DNA from: Oscillospiraceae bacterium
GTDB taxonomy: Bacteria > Bacillota > Clostridia > Oscillospirales > CAG-272
Direction: 5' to 3'
DNA: 64,000 nucleotides
Assembly (NCBI GenBank): GCA_015063685.1
Contig: SVTR01000015.1
Location: forward strand, 400 to 64,399
A program made the position numbers and the translations under genes. Below are positions 8,309-16,148 of the stretch, in pieces; position 1 is the first letter of the stretch; each line of letters opens with the position of its first letter. Below the pieces are notes generated by a model. It worked only from the letters and a program-made list of their open reading frames with translations, did no database searches and was not told the origin of the DNA.

Positions 8309-10882
8309 ATGTCACTCTACACCGTCCGCACCGCTCCCTCCGCCGAGCGCGCGCCCCTGACCGTCTTCCGCTCCTTTGAGGATGCCCGCGCCTTCGCCGA
8401 CAAAAACGTACTCTATGGCAGCGCCGTCTACGACACCGCGGGGCGGATGCTCTACGCCGCGGGAGGGGAGATTGGCTCGGTCATCCTCTACCACGCCAAG
8501 TGCATCTGCGACACCATCCGCGACGAGGGATTTGTCTACGGACACGCCCCCATCAACCCCGCCTTCAACCACGACGCCCGCATCATCAGCTGCGACCGTT
8601 TGGTGGACTGGGTACTCTACCGCGCGGGCTTTACGGATCAGCCCTACGTCCACGGCAAGTGCGTCAGCGGCCCCTGGCTCACCGATTGGTGCCTGGAGCA
8701 GGGCTTTACCCGCATCGACAGAGTGGAGGACCTCCTCCCCGGCGACGTGGTCTTCGTCCGTCCCAACCAGAACGGCGATCCCTTACACACCTTCATCTAC
8801 GCGGGCAAGGGAGAGGAAGAGGGGATGCACTACCGCTACGACGCGGGCAAGAACGAGCGCATCCGCAGTACCCAGCCCTCCTGCGAGCCGCTGAACGACT
8901 TCATCTGCGCCTGCCGCGCCCCCTCGGTGCGACCCATTCTGATCCCCGCCTTCTCCTTCCTCTACGACGGCGTCCCCTTCGATGAGCTGGAGGTCACCGC
9001 CAAGTCCCTTACGGATCGGGTGGTCTACACCCTCCCCGACGGGGTGGAGCTGACCGTGGTCACGGAATTTTTGCAGGACTACGGCGTGACCAAGTGGACT
9101 AACTACTGGAACAACCCCACGGATCACAGAAGCGCCCTCATCAGTCAGGTCTGCGACTGCGATCTCACCGTCCCCATGGCCCCCGATAAGCCCCGCACCC
9201 GCCGCGACCGCCAGTTTACCTGGGAGCCCAAGTCCCTGCGGCTCTTCATCTCGGACGGCGCCAACATCAACGATTACGACCACACCGTCCGCCCCTACCG
9301 CCTCTGGGCGGGAGACCATCACGAGGCCGCCTGCAACGCGGGACGGAGCGGTATGGGCACCGCCCCCTTCTTTGAGGTCAACGAGGGCGGCGATCACCAA
9401 AACGGTGTGCTGACCGCCCTGGGCTGGACGGGTCAATGGAAGGCTTACTTTGACCGCGGGGAAACGGATTTCCGCATCCGTCACAGCCTCCCCGAGGTCT
9501 CCCTCCGCATGGAGCCGGGGGAGTCCTTCCGCACCTCCTCCGCCACCGTCATGGCCTACCGCGAGGGGCAGGTCAACGCCCACAACCTCTGGCGGCGTTA
9601 CATCCGCGAGGCGGTCTCCCCCATGGGCCGCTTCAAGGGAGCGAGAGGGACCCAATGCCCCTTCTCGGCCATCTTCTGGGGCGGTATCCCCAGCGAGGAG
9701 CTGAAGGAGCGGCTGACGGGGATTTTGTCTTACGGTCTCCCCTTTGACTACTGCTGGGTGGACGCGGGCTGGTACGAGCCTCTCCGCTCCACCACCACCG
9801 CCACCCAGTCCGCCGACTGGGGCAACGTGGGCACCTGGGAGGTCAACCGCTTCTACCATCCCGAGGGCTACCGCGACGTCACCGACTTCCTCCACGAGCG
9901 GGGGATGGGGTTCCAGCTCTGGTTCGAGCCCGAGCGGATGCGGCGGTCGGTCTGTGAGTGGACCGACTACCTCTGGACCAACAGCCCCGAGGACAACGAC
10001 GTCATGATCGACATCGGCAAGGACGAGGTCTGTGATCAGCTCATCGAGCGCATCTCCAAGGTGATCGCCGAGGTGGGGGTGGACTGCTATCGCCAGGACT
10101 TCAACTTCAATCCCTTGGCCACCTGGAACCGCGCGGATCGGGATGCCGATCCCAACGGTGAGCGCAAGGGTGCCACCGAGATCCATCACATCAACAATCT
10201 CTGGCGGTTCTGGGACGCTCTGCTGGAGCGATTCCCTCATCTGCTCATCGACGATTGCGCGGGAGGCGGTCACCGCATCGATATCGAGATGCTGTCCCGC
10301 TCGGTGCCCCTGTGGCGGAGCGACTACCAGTGCATCTGGGACGTTTGCCCCGAGGGCAACCAGAACAGTAATATGCGGGCGGCCTGGTGGTACCCCTACT
10401 CGGGCATTGGCTACGGACCCACCCTGGGAGACACCTACAGCTTCCGCAGTGCCTACACCAGCGGCATGACGGTGCGTACCTGGGAGCACGCCGACCCCGA
10501 ATGGAGAGTGGGCGGTATGAACGAGCCCTTCGACTGGGCGAAGCGCTACTTTGCCGAGTATGCCCGCTTGCGGCACTACTTCGCCGAGGACTTCTACCCC
10601 CTCATCCCCCCCTCGGATGTCAACACCACCTGGGTGGCCTCCCAGTACCACGCCCGCTCCGACGGAAGCGGTCTGATTCTGGCCTTCCGCCGCGCCATGT
10701 GTCCCTATGAGCAAGCCCACGTAGAGCTTGGGGGCATCGACCGCAGGAGAGATTATATCTTCACCAACGAGGACACGGGAGAGAGCTTCACCGTAGCGGG
10801 CACCACCCTGCTGGAGGAGGGCCTGACCCTGACCATCCCCGAGAAGCGGCAGTCCCTGCTTCTGACCTACAGAGCATGGTGA
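8309..10882 (+). CDS. Cytoplasmic GH36-like glycoside hydrolase (alpha-galactosidase family) with N-terminal papain/NlpC-P60-like domain
   Basis: The track ORF starts at TTG 8258, but ATG 8309 follows GGGAGG. Motifs FDYCWVDAGWY, CYRQDFN, DDCAGGGHRID and WRSDY resemble GH36 catalytic motifs. The N-terminal ~220 aa have a Cys...His pattern (ISCDRLVDW ... HTFIYAG). No signal peptide. Confidence 0.7.
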   Translation: MSLYTVRTAPSAERAPLTVFRSFEDARAFADKNVLYGSAVYDTAGRMLYAAGGEIGSVILYHAKCICDTIRDEGFVYGHAPINPAFNHDARIISCDRLVDWVLYRAGFTDQPYVHGKCVSGPWLTDWCLEQGFTRIDRVEDLLPGDVVFVRPNQNGDPLHTFIYAGKGEEEGMHYRYDAGKNERIRSTQPSCEPLNDFICACRAPSVRPILIPAFSFLYDGVPFDELEVTAKSLTDRVVYTLPDGVELTVVTEFLQDYGVTKWTNYWNNPTDHRSALISQVCDCDLTVPMAPDKPRTRRDRQFTWEPKSLRLFISDGANINDYDHTVRPYRLWAGDHHEAACNAGRSGMGTAPFFEVNEGGDHQNGVLTALGWTGQWKAYFDRGETDFRIRHSLPEVSLRMEPGESFRTSSATVMAYREGQVNAHNLWRRYIREAVSPMGRFKGARGTQCPFSAIFWGGIPSEELKERLTGILSYGLPFDYCWVDAGWYEPLRSTTTATQSADWGNVGTWEVNRFYHPEGYRDVTDFLHERGMGFQLWFEPERMRRSVCEWTDYLWTNSPEDNDVMIDIGKDEVCDQLIERISKVIAEVGVDCYRQDFNFNPLATWNRADRDADPNGERKGATEIHHINNLWRFWDALLERFPHLLIDDCAGGGHRIDIEMLSRSVPLWRSDYQCIWDVCPEGNQNSNMRAAWWYPYSGIGYGPTLGDTYSFRSAYTSGMTVRTWEHADPEWRVGGMNEPFDWAKRYFAEYARLRHYFAEDFYPLIPPSDVNTTWVASQYHARSDGSGLILAFRRAMCPYEQAHVELGGIDRRRDYIFTNEDTGESFTVAGTTLLEEGLTLTIPEKRQSLLLTYRAW

Positions 10883-11085
10883 GATTTATGTGCTTTTGTT
10901 CATCGTGGTGAGATTGACCATCAAACAATCTACCGTTGACGTGACGTTTTCATGGACGCGGATGATTCTGCCGTACTCCAGGCAAATGGCTTGAGCATTT
11001 GAAGCTTACTTTTCAGATTTTGGCTGATACGCGATGGGTTCGCATGTCGACAACTCTCCAAGCGTGTTTTAACCTCCTGTAATCC

Positions 11086-11114
11086 TTGACATTGATGCAT
11101 AAATATGCTATTAT
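11086..11114 (+). promoter_or_regulatory. Sigma-70-type promoter (TTGACA-17-TATTAT)
   Basis: TTGACA at 11086-11091, 17-nt spacer, TATTAT at 11109-11114, 30 nt upstream of the ATG at 11145. Confidence 0.5.
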
Positions 11115-11144
11115 GATTATACTTATTCGAAAAGGAGTCTGTTT

Positions 11145-13643
11145 ATGAGCAAAAAACTACTTTGCGGTATTCTTGCCGCCCTTATGATCTTATCTGCCGT
11201 TGCCTGTGCAGGTGATGGAAATGTCGCAGAAACCGGCGTGGATTCCGATACCGTCGCAGCCCAACCGGATACTGAGCTGCTTACTGAGGAACCCGCTGAA
11301 GCGCCTACAGAGGAAGTTACCGAGGGCGAGACCGTTTCTGCCTTTGAAACCGAGTCTGCCACAGAGGAGCTTACGGAACCCGCGACAGAGCCCGAAACGG
11401 AGGTTTCCACGGAAGAGGATACTGAGTCTGTGAGTGACCCTGCGACAGAAACCGCTCCCGAGCCTGAAACTGCTCCTGAAACCGAACCGGAACCTGAAAC
11501 CGAGCCCCCCATTGAGCTGGAGGTTCCCGCCTATGAAGACATCGGTTTGACTACCCTTATGGCCGGTACCGATGCCCGTCTGAATCTTAACTACAACTTT
11601 GCTGACTATACCTATAGCCAGCTGAGAAATGACAACGCATTGGTCTTTACGGCCAACAAGGACTATGAGGTGGATGAAGGCGGCCTGAATCTCACTACCG
11701 AGGGTTGGAACAGCGTGGGCTTTTCCCATGCTTTGAAAGAGGAATACACCGCTAAGACCTCCATCACAAACCGTGGTAGTGAGAACAACGTCCGTTCTAT
11801 TATGTTCGGTTGCCGCGTCACCCGCTCAGATCATCTCTACATCGACAGCGGCCTGTGGTTCACCTTCTCAGAAAACGCAGTCTATGTCCATGTCAAGAAC
11901 GGCTTTACCAAGCTTATCAGAGATAATTACACCTTCAACGCCAAGGACGGCTTGAACGTTACCATTAAGGATGACGGTACCACCATTCAGTGCTACGTCA
12001 ACGGCGCGGTCATCGCAAAGGCCGTGGTAGAAGGGGAGACCCTGGTTGTCTATAATACCAATGACGCTGAGATCGCCCGCACGCCCGATCTAGCCCGCAT
12101 CGCCCACGGCGATACGTTGGGTTATGTCCGCACCATGTCACATTTCGCTGATTCCACCACCAAGTCCATGAGCCTGGAAACCGGCACGGTTATTCCATAC
12201 GCCACCGATGATATTTGCGCTGAGCTGAAGGAAGGCTATACCTACATGCTCTGTGACAAAACACAGGTCAAGACCGGATATCCCATCACCCTCCATGATG
12301 GCGTGACTCTCATGGACGCAAAGGCTGCCGCCACCCTCTTCGGCTTCAAGTGTGCTGTCTCGGAGGATGGCACCACAGCCACCCTTACCCGCGACGATGC
12401 CACTCTGACCTATACTGTGGGGTCTGCCAAGGTTGACCTCAATGGTAAGGCCTATGACTGCCCCACCACCATCTCCCGCGGTGGTACCATCCTTATTTCC
12501 GCCGACTATTTGGCTCGTTGGATGGGTTATACTGTCACTCCCGTCGACACCTCGGTTTACGTGACTGCCAACGCTGAAGCCCTCACCGAAGAGCGCAAGC
12601 AAGCCCTGGCCGAGCGCTATCAGCTCTACAAGGACGTCATCTACAATTATGATGACATTGAGATCGAGCAGATCGGCGTGGGTGAATATGAAAAGACTCC
12701 TTACGAGGATCGTCTGGTGGGTATCGCTTACTCCACCTGGCTTTGCACCAAGATCATCACCTGGGGTAAGAACACCTGGGATACCCCTCTGTACGGCAAC
12801 TACTATTCCGACAACCGTGAGATGATCGCCAAGCACGCCGAGCTGCTCCGCGACGCGGGCGTTGACTTCGTCTTCGTGGACTGGACCAACAACACCACCT
12901 ACGACCCCGCCACCATGCGGGATTCCCGTTCTGACTTCCGTATGATCGAAGAGGCCACGGATCTGCTCTTCGAGATCTGGTCGGAGATCGAGGGTGCTCC
13001 CAAGATCTGCATCTTCGCAGGCCCCGGACATTCCGGCATTGAAAACGTTCAGAACGGCAAACACCAGAAGAAGGTGGATCAGATCTATTCCGCTTATGTG
13101 GAGAAGTATCCCGATATGTACTTCCACTATCTTGGCAAGCCCCTGCTTATGTGCTATGGCGCTACCCCCAATCAGTACGGTGCCCGCCCCAATTGGAAGG
13201 ATGACCGTTTTATTATTCGTTGGGCGACAGGCTACGTGGGCCAGCAGAGCGGTCTGTACAATCCCAAAAATATGTCCACCCGTAACCAGTGGTGGAGCTG
13301 GGAGGAGAGAGGTCTGCAGCCTTACTCCATCTTGAATAACCGTGTGGAGTGCGTGACCTGCACCGCCGCCAGCCGTCCTCAGGGCTCCGAGGGTGATAGT
13401 GGCTACATTCCCGCCTACGGCCGCGAGAACGGTCTGACCCTGAAAAAGCAGTTCCAGCGCGCCAACGATCTGGGCGCGGGAATGGTTATCCTTATTTCCT
13501 GGAACGAGTGGACCAAGGGTGAGCAGCCTTCTCCCGAGGTATCCAAGGATCTGGAGCCCTCGGTGATCCACGGTACCTTCTACTACGACCTCCTCTGCGA
13601 GCAGATCAAGAAATTCAAGGGACAGATCCAAATCGAGGAGTGA
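11145..13643 (+). CDS. Secreted lipoprotein with copper-amine-oxidase-N-like domain and C-terminal GH99/WbsX-like putative glycoside hydrolase module
   Basis: Lipobox ILSAVAC; T/E/P acidic linker. The segment LHDGVTLMDAKAAATLFGF...ISADYLARWMGYTV fits the Cu_amine_oxidN1 pattern. The C-terminal 330 aa carry G.YYSD..MIAKHAELLRDAGVDFVFVDWTNN and ISWNEWTKGEQ motifs. Confidence 0.8.
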   Translation: MSKKLLCGILAALMILSAVACAGDGNVAETGVDSDTVAAQPDTELLTEEPAEAPTEEVTEGETVSAFETESATEELTEPATEPETEVSTEEDTESVSDPATETAPEPETAPETEPEPETEPPIELEVPAYEDIGLTTLMAGTDARLNLNYNFADYTYSQLRNDNALVFTANKDYEVDEGGLNLTTEGWNSVGFSHALKEEYTAKTSITNRGSENNVRSIMFGCRVTRSDHLYIDSGLWFTFSENAVYVHVKNGFTKLIRDNYTFNAKDGLNVTIKDDGTTIQCYVNGAVIAKAVVEGETLVVYNTNDAEIARTPDLARIAHGDTLGYVRTMSHFADSTTKSMSLETGTVIPYATDDICAELKEGYTYMLCDKTQVKTGYPITLHDGVTLMDAKAAATLFGFKCAVSEDGTTATLTRDDATLTYTVGSAKVDLNGKAYDCPTTISRGGTILISADYLARWMGYTVTPVDTSVYVTANAEALTEERKQALAERYQLYKDVIYNYDDIEIEQIGVGEYEKTPYEDRLVGIAYSTWLCTKIITWGKNTWDTPLYGNYYSDNREMIAKHAELLRDAGVDFVFVDWTNNTTYDPATMRDSRSDFRMIEEATDLLFEIWSEIEGAPKICIFAGPGHSGIENVQNGKHQKKVDQIYSAYVEKYPDMYFHYLGKPLLMCYGATPNQYGARPNWKDDRFIIRWATGYVGQQSGLYNPKNMSTRNQWWSWEERGLQPYSILNNRVECVTCTAASRPQGSEGDSGYIPAYGRENGLTLKKQFQRANDLGAGMVILISWNEWTKGEQPSPEVSKDLEPSVIHGTFYYDLLCEQIKKFKGQIQIEE

Positions 13644-13720
13644 TTCGGCCACGGGCTTGGAAGATACCAAGATACACGCCGAGCAAGCTCGGCCGATACA
13701 AGATAACCTCCCCGTTTCCA

Positions 13721-13760
13721 TCTTGTATCTTGTATCTTGTATCTTGTATCTCGTATCTCA
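13721..13760. repeat. Heptanucleotide tandem repeat (TCTTGTA)x4 + TCTCGTA + TCTCA
   Basis: Read directly: tcttgta tcttgta tcttgta tcttgta tctcgta tctca. Complementary to GATACAAGAT at 13696-13705, which allows a hairpin in several registers. Confidence 0.9.
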
Positions 13761-13804
13761 CACCTGCACTCAATATTTCTCATTCCAAATACGGAGGAAT
13801 CACC

Positions 13805-14803
13805 ATGCAAGAGCGTTACGGCACCGTCCTGCCCATCGGCGTAGGACTCTACGAGAAGACCCCCGCCGCCGACCGCAAGGTGGGCATCGCCTACACCACC
13901 TGGAACACCGCCACCCATCCCCGCTGGGGTAAGGGCACCTGGGATCTCCCTCTGGACGGTCCCTACGTCTCGGAGGATCCCGCCATCATCCGCAAGCACG
14001 GCATCCTGCTCCGCGACGCGGGCATCGACTTCGTCTTCGTAGACTGGACCAACAACACCTGCTACGACCCCGTAGCCCAGAGAGACAAGCTGGAGACCTT
14101 CCGCATGATCGAGGAGGCCACCGACGTCCTCTTTGAGGAGTGGTCCAAGCTGGAGGGCGCCCCCAAGATCTGCATCTTCGCGGGCCCCGGCCACAGTATG
14201 CCCGAGAACCTGGAGAACGGCAACCACCAGAAGAAGGTGGACCAGATCTGGCGGGACTACGCCTCCAAGTACCCCGACCTGTACTATCAGTACGACGGCA
14301 AGCCCCTGCTCATGTGCTACGGCGCCACCCCCAACTTCTACGGCGCGGATCCCGTCTGGAAGGACGACCGCTTCACGGTGCGCTGGGTCACGGGCTACGT
14401 GGGCCAGCAGGAGGGGCTGTACGATCCCGAGACCATGCGCTCCTACCACTTCTGGAGCTGGGAGGAGCGAGGCACCCAGACCTATACCGTGAAGGACGGC
14501 CGCGTGGAGTGTATTTCGGTCACCGCCTCCAGCCGTGCCCAGGGTAAGGAGGGAGACCGCGGCTACATCCCCGCCCGAGGCCGACGGAACGGCGATACCT
14601 TCCGCGAGCAGTTCGGCAGAGCCATCCAGCTGGGCGCGGGAATGGTGCTTCTCATCTCCTGGAACGAGTGGACCACGGGTGAGCAGCTCTCCTTGGAGAT
14701 CTCCAAGGATCTGGAGCCCTCCAAAACCTACGGCACCTTCTACTACGACCTCATGAAGGAGCAGATCAAGAAATTCAAGGGACAGATCGAGGTTGGGGAG
14801 TAA
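13805..14803 (+). CDS. Cytoplasmic stand-alone copy of the GH99/WbsX-like putative glycoside hydrolase module
   Basis: ATG 13805 follows GGAGGA (the track ORF starts further upstream). 332 aa, roughly two-thirds identical by eye to the C-terminal module of 11145..13643, with identical motifs DAGIDFVFVDWTNN and ISWNEWTTGEQ. No signal peptide. Confidence 0.8.
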   Translation: MQERYGTVLPIGVGLYEKTPAADRKVGIAYTTWNTATHPRWGKGTWDLPLDGPYVSEDPAIIRKHGILLRDAGIDFVFVDWTNNTCYDPVAQRDKLETFRMIEEATDVLFEEWSKLEGAPKICIFAGPGHSMPENLENGNHQKKVDQIWRDYASKYPDLYYQYDGKPLLMCYGATPNFYGADPVWKDDRFTVRWVTGYVGQQEGLYDPETMRSYHFWSWEERGTQTYTVKDGRVECISVTASSRAQGKEGDRGYIPARGRRNGDTFREQFGRAIQLGAGMVLLISWNEWTTGEQLSLEISKDLEPSKTYGTFYYDLMKEQIKKFKGQIEVGE

Positions 14804-14900
14804 GTAAACCGCGACCGTTGAAGGATACAAAGGTACAAGATATACGCCGAGCAAGCTGGGCGATACAATTTTGATATGCCCTGTTCTTTATCAACTAAAA

Positions 14901-14934
14901 AAAGCCCTTTGACTTCCAAAGTCAAAGGGCTTCA
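14901..14934. terminator. Bidirectional rho-independent terminator
   Basis: AAAAAAA-GCCCTTTGACTT-ccaa-AGTCAAAGGGC-TTCATTTT: perfect ~12-bp stem with an A-run on one side and a T-run on the other. Confidence 0.7.
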
Positions 14935-15223
14935 TTTTGTTGCAATGCATATAGCATTTAACTAGCTTCAAGCAGATCCTCAGGGTGAGGACAGGTATCG
15001 AGCACAATCTTTTTTCTGCTCCTGCTTTGGTGAATTCATTTGCGACGGCACTTACTTCTTGGAGGCAAAGAGCCTCGGCATCCACGATCGCAATTTTCAT
15101 ATACATCCCTCACTTCATTATATCCACAGCAGAGATAACAGCACTTTCGGGGAATTTGTCAATCAATTTTGGTGGATTTGTTTGAGATCACTTAACCGGA
15201 AAGCCGTAGCTCGTGGCGCTCTG

Positions 15224-16015
15224 TCAAGCCTCATTCTTCCTCAAAAGCAGTTCCTTCCGATACTCTCTCGGCGAGCAACCGATTTCCTTACGAAACGTTC
15301 GATAAAAATGGGCGTAATCCGCGAATCCGCATTCATAGGCCACACGGTCAGCCGTGATATTGCTGGTTGATAAAAGTAGCTTTGCCTTGCGGATGCGCGC
15401 TGCGCTGAGATAGGCATGAGGTGTGGTCCCCATGGCATCCCGAAAGATCCGAATGAGATAGTTTTCACTGAAATGGAAAGCAACAGCCAATTCTGCCAAA
15501 GAAGGTGGGTTTTGCAAATCCTGCGTCAGGCGGCGCACCATATGATCGACCAATATATCCTGCTCGCTGCGGGCTTGTTCCCGGAATAAACGTGTCAGGA
15601 TAGTGCAGAGAAGGCCGTTCTTAATAATGCGTGGGGCGTTTTCGTTCTCGGCGTTGTTCAGCTCGCGCAACAGGGGGAGCAGCGCATCGGGATCAAATAA
15701 GCCTCGTCGGGGGAGGGAAGGGGCTTCATCGCTCCAGACGCATTCTCCAAAATGCAAATAGAAATACGAGGGACAGTCGCTGGCCACGGGTCCGGCCTGG
15801 GGCAGTCCATGCTGCTGGATGTAGTATTCTCCCCTTGAAAGCTCCATAGGCACACCGTCCTCGGTGAAGCGGAGCACACCGCCCAGCATCAAAAGAAGGA
15901 TATCGCTGGATTCCACACGGGTAATATGCCGTTCACCCGGCAGAAAACTGCGAAAAGCAGACAAACGGTAGTTGGGAACGGACTGCATGGATATACCAAT
16001 AGGCACGAAGGTCAC
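15224..16015 (-). CDS. AraC-family transcriptional regulator (cupin sensor + AraC HTH)
   Basis: C-terminal LAELAVAFHFSENYLIRIFRDAMGTTPHAYLSAARIRKAKLLL...GFADYAHFYRTFRKEIGCSPREYR is a typical AraC HTH pair. Divergent from the GH127-like gene. The start is ambiguous: GTG 16015, or GTG 16006 with better SD spacing. Confidence 0.85.
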   Translation of the reverse strand: MTFVPIGISMQSVPNYRLSAFRSFLPGERHITRVESSDILLLMLGGVLRFTEDGVPMELSRGEYYIQQHGLPQAGPVASDCPSYFYLHFGECVWSDEAPSLPRRGLFDPDALLPLLRELNNAENENAPRIIKNGLLCTILTRLFREQARSEQDILVDHMVRRLTQDLQNPPSLAELAVAFHFSENYLIRIFRDAMGTTPHAYLSAARIRKAKLLLSTSNITADRVAYECGFADYAHFYRTFRKEIGCSPREYRKELLLRKNEA

Positions 16016-16148
16016 CTCCTTAAAGACAATGCTTGCATTTATATTATACAGCGTTCGTTTGATTTTTGCAAGGTTTTTTGCGAAAATATTCCTGTTAATT
16101 TCGCGCGATCCGTGATAGAATTAAGATAAAAATAAAGGAGGGCCTGTT

